Shown in pieces: positions 49,765 to 58,556 of a DNA stretch of 64,000 bases (position 1 is its first letter; every line of letters starts with the position of its first letter). The position numbers and the translations under genes were made by a program. The notes beneath the pieces are model-generated. The model was given only the letters and a program-made list of their open reading frames with translations. It was not told the origin of the DNA and made no database searches. This DNA is from Acidobacteriota bacterium (GTDB lineage Bacteria; Acidobacteriota; UBA890; WLXD01). Location: positions 1,696,001 to 1,760,000 of the forward strand of contig CBDFKD010000002.1 of assembly GCA_965248695.1 (NCBI GenBank). The letters run 5' to 3'.

Positions 49765-50567
49765 CGGCTGCCCCCCGACACAACACGAATCAGGTCGTCG
49801 TCGCCCGGCACCACGCCGTCGACCTCGTACGGAGTGTCGACCTCCTCGTCCGGACCGGCGGACATCACGAAGATGTCGTAGCGGTAGCCGGCGTTGTCCT
49901 CGGTGGCGCTGTCGGCGATCGGGTCGAGGTACAGGACGTTGACCGCATAGCGATTTCCCCACGGATCGGAGCGCACCGGCGCCGAGACGTACGGACCGCG
50001 CCAGGCAAAGCGCGCGCCGAAACCCTGCTGACTCGCAAAAGCCGCGGTGCGCGACGGCACGTCGGCGATCAGGTCCTCCGGAGTCCGGTAGCCGGCGGTC
50101 GGTTCGTTGCCCGGCGTGTTCTGCACCAGATGGTTCGCAAGCGTATCGACCACATGCCCATCGTACGGCCGTCGCCAGAGCCATGCGTCCCCGCCTTCAC
50201 CCTCGTCCGGCGTGTCGCCGTCGCTGATGAGCATTCCGACGGTGAAGTAGGGATCCGGGTTCGAGGGCTCGTAGTCCTCGCCCGAGGAAGTATCGCGGTT
50301 CCCCTTGCCGAGACAGCGGAACACGCCCTCGCCAGTGTCGCGCATGAAGACCAGGATGGCTTCGTGGATCGTGCCGATGTCCTGCCGCGCACGCGCTAGA
50401 CGCGCGTCGCGCAGGTAGTTGCCGATCCCCGGGAGCAGGATGAGGCTCAGCACGGTCAGCACCAGGAGGATGATCGTCACCTCCACCAGCGTGAAGCCGC
50501 GCTCTCCCTCCCGTCGCGTCCTACCGTTGCGGGTCGTCGTCTTGTGTTGAGGTTGAGTGCCGGTCAT
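49761..50567 (-). CDS. GspG-like prepilin paralog (proximal operon)
   Basis: RG|FTLVEV, NHLVQNTP, AWRGPY, DPWGNRYAVN, SAGPD, GDDD. Confidence 0.88.
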   Translation of the reverse strand: MTGTQPQHKTTTRNGRTRREGERGFTLVEVTIILLVLTVLSLILLPGIGNYLRDARLARARQDIGTIHEAILVFMRDTGEGVFRCLGKGNRDTSSGEDYEPSNPDPYFTVGMLISDGDTPDEGEGGDAWLWRRPYDGHVVDTLANHLVQNTPGNEPTAGYRTPEDLIADVPSRTAAFASQQGFGARFAWRGPYVSAPVRSDPWGNRYAVNVLYLDPIADSATEDNAGYRYDIFVMSAGPDEEVDTPYEVDGVVPGDDDLIRVVSGGSR

Positions 50568-50577
50568 GGAGATCTCT

Positions 50578-51429
50578 TCAGCGCAGGGAGCCATAAGAAA
50601 CCGGAAACGCGATGTCGTCGTCACCAAGCACAAAGCCGCCGACGGAGGCAAACGGCGTATCGACTTCCTCGTCGGGTCCGGCCGAAAGCACGATCACGGG
50701 CCGGATGAAACCGACCGAGTCACCACCCTGGGGCACGGTGAGCCAGGCGACGTTGGCCATGTAGCGGTTGCCCCACGGATCGGGTCGCAACCCGTCGAGG
50801 TAGAAGCCGCGCCAGGCGAACTCGGAATTGAAGCCCTGACCACCGCTACCGTCGAACTGCAATCCGCCGGGAACGCCGGAACTGTGATCCCCCGACACCA
50901 TGTCGGCCGGCGTCCGATACCGCTTCCAGTCCGGGCCGGTACCACCACCGCTGTCTCCGGGGTAGTTCTGAATCAGATGATTGGCAAACGTGTCGACGAT
51001 GCCGCCGGTAAGCCACACATCCGGGAAATCGGTGCCGGCATCGGCCACCGTCGAACCCAGCGGCGCCCGCCAGTCGTAGAACTCGCTGTGACCGTCCGGC
51101 GTGTCGCCGTCGCCGATCAGCAGGCCGACGGGCGGCGCAGAGCCGTCCTCGGAATAGCGCTCCGGCGATCGCCAACTCGAGCTCCCCATAGGCTTGGAAT
51201 GGAACGAGCTCTCGCCGGTGTCCTTGAGCATATGCATCATGGCAGCGCCGATGGCGGCAACATCTTCGCGGACGCGAGCAAAGCGCGCGTCGCGCAGGAA
51301 CACGCCGATTTGCGGCAGCAGAATGGCCGACAGGATCGCCAGTGCCATCACGATGATCGACACCTCGACCAGCGTAAAACCGCGATCATCGACGTCTTTC
51401 CAGCGCCGTCCCTGGCCCAGTTTCGTCAT
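50578..51429 (-). CDS. GspG-like prepilin paralog (proximal operon)
   Basis: RG|FTLVEV, GLLIGDGDTP, NHLIQN, AWRGFY, DPWGNRYMAN, SAGPD, GDDD. Confidence 0.88.
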   Translation of the reverse strand: MTKLGQGRRWKDVDDRGFTLVEVSIIVMALAILSAILLPQIGVFLRDARFARVREDVAAIGAAMMHMLKDTGESSFHSKPMGSSSWRSPERYSEDGSAPPVGLLIGDGDTPDGHSEFYDWRAPLGSTVADAGTDFPDVWLTGGIVDTFANHLIQNYPGDSGGGTGPDWKRYRTPADMVSGDHSSGVPGGLQFDGSGGQGFNSEFAWRGFYLDGLRPDPWGNRYMANVAWLTVPQGGDSVGFIRPVIVLSAGPDEEVDTPFASVGGFVLGDDDIAFPVSYGSLR

Positions 51430-51473
51430 CGTTGTCTCCCTGCGTTTGCGGGCGTTGCCAGCTCGACACATCG

Positions 51474-52337
51474 TCATCGTCCCGGCACGCTGTCGGGCCC
51501 GGTCGAGAACAACACTGCGATGTCGTCGTCCCCGGGAACGAACCCGTCTATTTCAAAGCTCGAATCGATCTCCTGGTCCGGACCGGCCGACAAGACCACC
51601 ACGTCGACCCCCTCTGTTTGACTCAGGAAGTACACGTTGGCGGCATAGCGGTTGCCCCAGGGGTCGCCTTGACCGAGGTTGAGATAGGCGCCGCCCCAGG
51701 CGTGCAGCTGCGACAATGCACCGGCCACTGGATCGCTACAGTCAAGGAGGTTCGCGAAGGCGCGGCGGGGGTCGTTTCCTGGGGTGTTGGAAATCAGGTA
51801 GTACTCGAAGAAGTCCACCCAGGTGCCGTCGACCGGCTCGGCCCAGCGCTCGCCGCCCTCGGGTCCCATTGCCGGAATGTCACCGGCGGTGACCAGAATC
51901 TCGACGGCGTCGCCGTAGCACAGGTCGGGGTTGCCGCAACCGACACCGAGCGCCTGTGCGTTGACGCGACCGCCTTCCAGAGTCCCGTTGCCACCTCCAG
52001 GCGGCAGCAGAGGAGGCGTCACGACCGGCGCAACAACGACACTGCTGGCCGCGCTTCGACTGCGACCGCTGGTGCGCCGCGTGGTCGCAGAGCTCGAGAG
52101 CGACGAGTACGCCTCGTTCTGGGGCACGAAGACGCAGCCGATATCTTCAATAAACTGCTGCAGCGCCCTGCCGATGGCGATCATTTCGGCGCGCGCCGTC
52201 GTGAGTCGCGCGTTGGCTACGGCGCCGGTGAGCACCGGAGCGATGGCAGCCGACAAGACAACCACGACCATGAGGATGATCGATACCTCAACGAGCGTGA
52301 AGCCACGACTCTCTCGGAGACTACGCATGCTTCTCAT
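51474..52337 (-). CDS. GspG-like prepilin paralog with Ser/Pro/Gly-rich insert
   Basis: RG|FTLVEV, AWGGAY, DPWGNRYAAN, SAGPD, GDDD. Confidence 0.87.
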   Translation of the reverse strand: MRSMRSLRESRGFTLVEVSIILMVVVVLSAAIAPVLTGAVANARLTTARAEMIAIGRALQQFIEDIGCVFVPQNEAYSSLSSSATTRRTSGRSRSAASSVVVAPVVTPPLLPPGGGNGTLEGGRVNAQALGVGCGNPDLCYGDAVEILVTAGDIPAMGPEGGERWAEPVDGTWVDFFEYYLISNTPGNDPRRAFANLLDCSDPVAGALSQLHAWGGAYLNLGQGDPWGNRYAANVYFLSQTEGVDVVVLSAGPDQEIDSSFEIDGFVPGDDDIAVLFSTGPDSVPGR

Positions 52338-53023
52338 TGCAATCGAAAACCGATGTCATCTCCGTACAGACGAGCGTTGTCGCGCGCCTGATAGAAGGGA
52401 GTTTCGATGATTCCGTTCGGACCGGCTGACAGCACCCATGCGGCGCCGAGCCGCGAGCCGTCAACCTCCTGTACGACGTTTCTCACATCAAGCCAGAAGA
52501 CGTTGACGATATAGGCGTGTCCCCAACCATCCCCACCCGCCGCTTGCGGCAAGTACGGTCCGGCCCAGCCCCGATTGTCGATCGGGCTTCGAGCGCGATA
52601 GCCCTTGCCGTTGAACGTCAGGTGCTCCGCCAGGAGTCCGAGATCCGATTCGATCCAGAATCCGGTCGAAGTCGTGCTTCCCGGCAGCGGAGCAGCGCTG
52701 ATGAGCGCGCCGACCTCCTGATCGCCGGGTCTGCCGTCGAACGTATCGTTGGTACGCGGGAAGTAGCCGGTATCGGCATAGAACTCCACGATCGCGCGCC
52801 CAATACGGTCGACTTCCTCACGCGTGCGCACGGCATGCGATTGCTCCAGCAGGTCGCCGGCAGCAGTAGCAACCAGACCCACTAGCAAGCCGAGCACGGC
52901 AAGGATCACCGTAATCTCGACCATCGTCATGCCATCGTTACGAGGCAAGAAGCTTTCCGGTTGCGGTCTCAGCCACTGCCGCCAACTTCGACGGCTGGCA
53001 CGCTGGTGCGAAGCGCAGGGCAT
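52334..53023 (-). CDS. GspG-like prepilin paralog (first in array)
   Basis: DG|MTMVEI, GWAGPY, DGWGHAY, LSAGPNG, GDD. Start uncertain. Confidence 0.85.
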   Translation of the reverse strand: MPCASHQRASRRSWRQWLRPQPESFLPRNDGMTMVEITVILAVLGLLVGLVATAAGDLLEQSHAVRTREEVDRIGRAIVEFYADTGYFPRTNDTFDGRPGDQEVGALISAAPLPGSTTSTGFWIESDLGLLAEHLTFNGKGYRARSPIDNRGWAGPYLPQAAGGDGWGHAYIVNVFWLDVRNVVQEVDGSRLGAAWVLSAGPNGIIETPFYQARDNARLYGDDIGFRLQ

Positions 53024-53024
53024 C

Positions 53025-53243
53025 TCAGCCGATCGCCGCAATACGCTCGTCGAACAGCGGGCTGGAGTTGTAGCGATCCTGCGACTGACTCTGCAGGTAG
53101 CTCTCCACGTCCTCCGGTCGATATCGGATGAGATCGCGAATACGGATGTAGGGCAGCCGGCCTGCCTCGCGCTCTCGCCGAACGGTATGCGGCGAAACCT
53201 GCAGGTAGTCAGCCAGGGACTCTGTCGTATGAAGACCCAGCAT
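53025..53243 (-). CDS. Small excisionase/BldC-like HTH protein (2nd)
   Basis: TTESLADYLQVSPHTVRRE..GRLPYIRIRDLIRYRPEDVESYL. GGAGG RBS. Confidence 0.85.
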   Translation of the reverse strand: MLGLHTTESLADYLQVSPHTVRREREAGRLPYIRIRDLIRYRPEDVESYLQSQSQDRYNSSPLFDERIAAIG

Positions 53244-53316
53244 TGTTTGCCTCCGTGTTCCCCGCCGATGCGGGGGTTGGCTCAACCTAGATGAAGCGAT
53301 AGATCCGCTTTGGGAC

Positions 53317-53535
53317 CTAGCGGTCACCCCAGTTGGCCTGCGAGGCAAATGCGTCGGTGTCCAGCGACATGCTTGCGTTGCGCTCGAGATAGGCGCGCAC
53401 ATCGCTCTCGCGATAGCGAATCTGTCCGCGAACGCGTACGAACGGCAGGCGGCCCTCTTTGCGCTCGCGGCGGATCGTCCGCGGCGAGACCTGGAGCAGC
53501 TCTGCGAGCGTCTCGGTGGTGTACAGCTTCTGCAC
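53317..53535 (-). CDS. Small excisionase/BldC-like HTH protein (1st)
   Basis: TTETLAELLQVSPRTIRRE..GRLPFVRVRGQIRYRESDVRAYL. GGGGAG RBS. Confidence 0.86.
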   Translation of the reverse strand: MQKLYTTETLAELLQVSPRTIRRERKEGRLPFVRVRGQIRYRESDVRAYLERNASMSLDTDAFASQANWGDR

Positions 53536-53610
53536 GGTTGCGTACTCCCCTGTTGTTGGTAATCACCGGGGCTTGGTAGGCGCCGAGCCGAGCTCGACAC
53601 CTGGGGAGAG

Positions 53611-53627
53611 AGCAACCGCCGTGCCAA
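53611..53627 (-). promoter_or_regulatory. Sigma-54 promoter driving the HTH/pilin array
   Basis: Minus strand TTGGCACGGCGGTTGCT, a full match to TGGCACG-N4-TTGC(A/T), 75 bp upstream of the first HTH. Confidence 0.88.
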
Positions 53628-53862
53628 ACGCGGCCGCCTGTCGCTTGGGACGTCACACGATGGCCAGGTCGATCTACGCAAGTTACTGTTTCCATTGGTC
53701 TTACAGAATCTGCGTCAAATCACGAAAGCACCCGGCCGGCCAGCTTCGGCCACCACGGTACTGGTGGCGTCGCCCCCGTCCGGCCGTGCAGCCTGCCGAT
53801 CCAGACTGATCATTTTCCCGTAAACTATTGATCAGACTAGGGTTACGGACCAATCTACAAAA

Positions 53863-53882
53863 CGTGTAGCAACTCCTACACG
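53863..53882. promoter_or_regulatory. Candidate upstream activator sequence
   Basis: Inverted repeat CGTGTAG-CAACTC-CTACACG containing TGT-N10-ACA, ~240 bp upstream of the sigma-54 promoter. Confidence 0.55.
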
Positions 53883-54039
53883 GTTTCGGGGGTTCCCGGT
53901 TGCCAAGCGGGGTCGAGAGGAGGCAGGCGGGTACAGTCGCGGGCGGCGGCGGACGGACGCGGCCAGGACTTGCGCACGCTCGTCAGCGGCGCGCGGAGGC
54001 GGCCGCGAGACCCTCGGGTGCGACGGAGGAGGCAACGCC

Positions 54040-55434
54040 TCAGCCTTTCAGCCGCTCCACGTCGATCCCGTGCTTCTTCACCTTGTGCCACATCGATCGC
54101 TCGGAGATCCCGAGTCGCCGTGCCGCGGTTGCCTGTACGCCGCTGGCACTCCGCAAGGCATCGGTCAATATCTGTCGCTCGATGCGGTACATGGTGATCG
54201 GCAGGCTGTCGTCGGTTCCGGTCCGCGCGGCGCGCTCGGCAACCAGCGAGCCACGCACGACCTCCGACGGCAAGTCCTGACGCCTCAGCTCGTCGGTCTC
54301 GCTCCAGATCACGGCACGCTCGATGGCGTGACGCAGCTGCCGCACGTTCCCTGGCCAGCCATAGCCGACGACGGCGTCGAGCGCCGCCGGAGAGATACGT
54401 TGCAGGCGTTTGTCGTGTGAGTCGTTGGCCTCGCGGATGAAGTGCTCCGTCAGCAGTGGGATGTCCGGCCCGCGCTCGCGCAACGGCGGTAGCGTCACCG
54501 TGACCACGTTGAGGCGGAAGTAGAGATCCTCGCGGAAGCGTCCTTCACGGACCTCGAGGGCGAGATTGCGGTTGGTGGCGGCCACCACGCGGACGTCGAC
54601 GCGCACCGGCGCAACGCCGCCAACACGCTCGAACTCACGTTCCTGCAGCACGCGAAGGATCTTTGCCTGAGTTTCCAGGCTCATGTCACCGATCTCATCG
54701 AGCAAGATCGTGCCGCCGTCGGCAAGCTCGAACTTACCGATCTTCCGTTGGTGCGCGCCAGTGAACGACCCGCGCTCATGTCCGAAGAGCTCGCTTTCGA
54801 GCAGCGTCTGCGGGATCGCGACGCAGTTCAGCTTCACGAACTGGCCCGCGGCTCGTTTGCTCTTGAAGTGAATGGCCTCGGCGACGAGCTCCTTTCCCGT
54901 ACCACTCTCACCGAGCACCAGCACGGTCGTGTCCGAACGCACCACCTTGCCCAACGTTTCGAAGACGTGCCCCATGGCCTGTGACTTGCCGAGCATGTTG
55001 CCGAAACCGACGTGGCCTCCGCCTTGGCTACGAATCCGCGTGCCTTCGCGCGCCAGCTTGCGGCGCTCCAGTGCGCGTGCCATAACCACGCGCAGCTCGT
55101 CGATCTGGATCGGTTTGGTGAAGAAATCGTACGCGCCGCGATCCACCGCAAGCGCCGCCGTTCGTCGGCTTCCGTACGCGGTCATCATCACCACGAGAAC
55201 GTCCGGCTGCAGTCGCCGCATCTCCTCCAAGATGTCGAGCCCCTCCGCGTCGGGCAGTCGCTGGTCGAGCAGAACGAAGTCGTAACCGACTTCTGGGTCG
55301 GCCAGTCGCTCGAGCCCCTCGGCGGCGGTTTCGGCTTCATCGATGGTCAAGCCTTCGCTCGCTAGCGCCGCGAGGAGCGTGTAGCGCACCTCGGGGTCGT
55401 CGTCGACGATGAGCAGACGCTTCATATCCGCCAC
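54040..55434 (-). CDS. NtrC/PilR-like sigma-54 response regulator
   Basis: REC domain (IVDDD, LLD, MTAYG, KP), [31 protein letters not shown], Fis-type HTH. Confidence 0.94.
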   Translation of the reverse strand: MADMKRLLIVDDDPEVRYTLLAALASEGLTIDEAETAAEGLERLADPEVGYDFVLLDQRLPDAEGLDILEEMRRLQPDVLVVMMTAYGSRRTAALAVDRGAYDFFTKPIQIDELRVVMARALERRKLAREGTRIRSQGGGHVGFGNMLGKSQAMGHVFETLGKVVRSDTTVLVLGESGTGKELVAEAIHFKSKRAAGQFVKLNCVAIPQTLLESELFGHERGSFTGAHQRKIGKFELADGGTILLDEIGDMSLETQAKILRVLQEREFERVGGVAPVRVDVRVVAATNRNLALEVREGRFREDLYFRLNVVTVTLPPLRERGPDIPLLTEHFIREANDSHDKRLQRISPAALDAVVGYGWPGNVRQLRHAIERAVIWSETDELRRQDLPSEVVRGSLVAERAARTGTDDSLPITMYRIERQILTDALRSASGVQATAARRLGISERSMWHKVKKHGIDVERLKG

Positions 55435-56937
55435 CTACGCCGCTCCTGCCGCAAGCGGCTCGCCGGCAGCCACCGGGATCGTTGAAACGACGGCCGTGTC
55501 GCAGACGGGCAGTCGAATCACGAAGGCCGTGCCCCGCTCTACCGTACTGGTCACTTCGATCGCGCCTCCGTGGGCGTAGACGATCTGCTGCGCGATGGCC
55601 AGGCCCAGCCCGGTGCCGCCACGACCCGAAACAAAGGGCTGAAAGATCCGCTCGCGGTCCTCGGGCGCCACGAATGAGCCCGTGTTGGCAACCGTGACCT
55701 CTACCTGGCCGTCGCGGACGCGGGTTGCCACGTCGATGCGCCCAGCCGCCGGCGTATGGTTGTAGGCATTGCGCAACAGGTTCTCTACGGCGCGGCCGAG
55801 ACGGTCCGGATCGACCAGACAAGGGGGCATGGAGTGCTCGTAGTCTTCGGCGACAACGATGTCGTCGGATTCCGGTCGGCCCATGGTCACGAACTCGACC
55901 GTGTCGCTGACCAACGAGTTGAGATCGCGTTGCTCCAGGTCGTGGATCTCAGTTGGCACCAGATCCAGAAGCTGTCCTACGAGGCGCTCGATGCGTTGTG
56001 CCGCACGCGACAGAACATCCAGGTGCCGATGGCCCTCGTCGCCCGGTGGCAGGCGCTCGTGTAGCAACTGAACCAGCCCGAGCACCGAGCTCAACGGGTT
56101 GCGGATCTCATGCGCGAGCTCGGCCGCGAACCCTCCGATGACCATCAGTCGATGGGCACGGCTGACCTCACGCTGGACCTTCTCGGTGTCGTCGGCGCGC
56201 TCGAACAACACCAGTACCGAGATGATCGACTCTTCGCCCGCCAGCACCGTTCCCTGCAAATCGACCGTGAGCCGCTGTCCGCGCCGGTTCACCCAAACCA
56301 GGCTTCGGAGGTCGAACGGTTCGCTGCGCTCGAGAGCTCCGACGAGGGCGACCGTGAGCTCGGCGTTGTCTGCAACGTCAGGGATCAGCTCGGAGAACTC
56401 GCGGCCGATCATCAGATCGGCATCCACGCCCAGCGCTACTGCGGCGCGTGGGTTGATCGAAAGTACGCGCCCGTCACGCGCGAAAGAGATCAGGCCCTCG
56501 ACAACAGAGCTGCGCGCGTAGTCACGGACGGATTCGAGCAGGTCATTGATGGCGCTGACCAGCGGCGCAACCTCCCCATCAGCCTCCAGTTCCACCGGAA
56601 AGCTGAAGTTGCGGCGTGCCAGGAACTCGGTTCGCTGCGCGAGCGTGCGCAGCTGACGGGTAAACGCCAGGGCGATCGACAGACCGATACAACCGCCGAA
56701 CGCCGTCAGCCCGAGCAGCCACAGCCAGGACTCTGGTGGCGTAGCCCAGACTCGGGTTGCGTCGCGCGGCGACATGAGGTGGGTGGCATCGGTGCGACCG
56801 ACCTCGAATGCATATAGGCCGACACCGAACGCCAGCAAGGCGGTGACGAACGGCAGTGCCACGGCGAGGCGTAGATGCGGCTTGCGGGCGGTACGACGCC
56901 CGACGCCTTTCAGTGCGCGCCGCCAGAGATCGAGCAT
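55435..56937 (-). CDS. PilS-like sensor histidine kinase (2 TM, HAMP, PAS)
   Basis: LAHEIRNPL H-box, NLLRNA, IFQPF, GTGLGL. Abuts the regulator. Confidence 0.92.
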   Translation of the reverse strand: MLDLWRRALKGVGRRTARKPHLRLAVALPFVTALLAFGVGLYAFEVGRTDATHLMSPRDATRVWATPPESWLWLLGLTAFGGCIGLSIALAFTRQLRTLAQRTEFLARRNFSFPVELEADGEVAPLVSAINDLLESVRDYARSSVVEGLISFARDGRVLSINPRAAVALGVDADLMIGREFSELIPDVADNAELTVALVGALERSEPFDLRSLVWVNRRGQRLTVDLQGTVLAGEESIISVLVLFERADDTEKVQREVSRAHRLMVIGGFAAELAHEIRNPLSSVLGLVQLLHERLPPGDEGHRHLDVLSRAAQRIERLVGQLLDLVPTEIHDLEQRDLNSLVSDTVEFVTMGRPESDDIVVAEDYEHSMPPCLVDPDRLGRAVENLLRNAYNHTPAAGRIDVATRVRDGQVEVTVANTGSFVAPEDRERIFQPFVSGRGGTGLGLAIAQQIVYAHGGAIEVTSTVERGTAFVIRLPVCDTAVVSTIPVAAGEPLAAGAA

Positions 56938-57171
56938 TCGTTGCTCCGAGACAACGGAAACACGGGTACAGGACTGACAGGGCTGATTCTAGCGAGGCCC
57001 GAGTTACCGTCGAAGCGAAAACGCTCTTAACCGTCGCTGTAGCAATGTTCAGGACGTGTTTGACCATTTTTTCACTCTAAAACACGCAGTACGGCATTTT
57101 GGGGCTGACTTGGCGGGTTCGCGCTTATTACCATCGCGGCATCCAATGCCTTCCCGACCGGTCGAGAGACG

Positions 57172-58005
57172 ATGATGCGAAGAAATGCTGCCCTGACACT
57201 CTGCTGGATCGTCCTGTTGACGGCCGGAATCGTCGGAACCGCCCCCGAGGCGCAGTCCGAACCGCTGCCAGCCGCCATCGGCGGGCAGGCGCAAGAGGGA
57301 ACCTCCACGGATGGTGGTCCTCAGGTGAGCGTCACAACGCCGACAATCAACTGGGGAGACGACGCCAGCGGCAGCGTCCCGTACGACTGGAGCACGCGCG
57401 TTTCCAATCCCAACTCGCGCGCCGTCGTGGTGAGGGTAAAGCTCGATTTTGTCGACTCACAAGGACAGTCGGTCCACGAGGACTGGGTAAGCGGTCAGAT
57501 CGGTCCGAACTCGGACACCGTGCTGCAACAGGCCGGGTCTATCGATAATGCCTATCTCGACCTGGTGGCAGAAGCTCGTGGAGCGCCGTCGGCCTGGTGG
57601 GCGGATGAGGCTTACAAGTTCCGCACCGTCGCCGCCTTCGTTGACGGGCTGCAGCGCCTAGAGGTCTTCTTCGTTCTGGAAGATTGGGAAGGTCGTCCGG
57701 TAACTGCCGCCGGCACCCTCGACCTCTATATCGTCGAACGCGAGCGGCCACGGGCGAGCGGTGCCAGCGTGCGCCGCCCGTTGAACACCTTGTACGCACG
57801 GCGCTTCGACGTTGGCGGGCGCGACTATTCCAACCACCAGATCGGTTTCAAGAACAACGACTACACACCGCCGGCAGTGACGCTCGGTCCGATCCACTAC
57901 TCGCTCTTCGACCAGGAGCCGATCGGCGATGAGGGTCTCGTGCGGATCGTATTCCACACCGCTAGCGGCACGGAGATCGTCGGCGAGGACCGCGTCTACT
58001 TCTAG
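57172..58005 (+). CDS. Secreted hypothetical protein (two beta-rich domains)
   Basis: Signal peptide, good coding composition. Divergent from the kinase. Confidence 0.72.
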   Translation: MMRRNAALTLCWIVLLTAGIVGTAPEAQSEPLPAAIGGQAQEGTSTDGGPQVSVTTPTINWGDDASGSVPYDWSTRVSNPNSRAVVVRVKLDFVDSQGQSVHEDWVSGQIGPNSDTVLQQAGSIDNAYLDLVAEARGAPSAWWADEAYKFRTVAAFVDGLQRLEVFFVLEDWEGRPVTAAGTLDLYIVERERPRASGASVRRPLNTLYARRFDVGGRDYSNHQIGFKNNDYTPPAVTLGPIHYSLFDQEPIGDEGLVRIVFHTASGTEIVGEDRVYF

Positions 58006-58340
58006 TAAGCCGGCGCGCGTGCGCGCGGTCGGGGACCGGCACCGCCCAGTTTGCGGACGCGCCGTGCTGGCGCGCGACTGACTGTCCCTGCGAAGCCGTG
58101 AAGGCAGCAGCTGCATTCGAGACGCCAAGACAGCAGCTGCCCCGGGGATTCCAAGGCAGCAGCGCGCAGAATTGCGCAGCGTACCGCCTTGACAGTCTGT
58201 CCCGCAGCGCGTAGAGTGATCATCGTTGACTACGCTGAATCAGGATTCGCTAGTTCTGGCGAGACTTGGCCGGCGCTGACCGCAACATCGCTCCTGATCG
58301 ATTGGACGGAGCGCCTTGCGGGGATTCGAGGAGGGACACG

Positions 58341-58547
58341 ATGGCCGAACGCGAAACGCGTCCGACGATCATGACGCTGGATGAGGTCGCCCGGTACCTC
58401 CGCCTGCACAAGTCGACCGTCTACCGGATGGCCCGCGAGGGGAAGCTCCCAGGCAACAAGGTTGCCGGCCAGTGGCGCTTCAAGAAAGAACGCCTGGTGG
58501 AGTGGTTCGAGGAACAGCAGCGCGAGCTCGAAGACGCGCTCGACTAG
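58341..58547 (+). CDS. Small excisionase/BldC-like HTH protein
   Basis: MTLDEVARYLRLHKSTVYRMAREGKLPGNKVAGQWRF. GAGGAGG RBS. Confidence 0.9.
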   Translation: MAERETRPTIMTLDEVARYLRLHKSTVYRMAREGKLPGNKVAGQWRFKKERLVEWFEEQQRELEDALD

Positions 58548-58556
58548 CCCGACGAC

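Noticed and set aside
42081-53023. DGR, shufflon or Neisseria-style silent cassettes diversifying the pilins
   Set aside because: No reverse transcriptase or site-specific recombinase seen. Paralogs are full-length, co-oriented and diverged at DNA level. The single truncated copy is explained by the IS.
19990-54790. GSFTGA instead of GAFTGA in both enhancer-binding proteins
   Set aside because: Common natural variant, and each gene is followed by a good sigma-54 promoter.
47838-58547. Prophage or ICE suggested by multiple excisionase-like genes
   Set aside because: No integrase, att-like repeats, phage structural or conjugation genes in the window.
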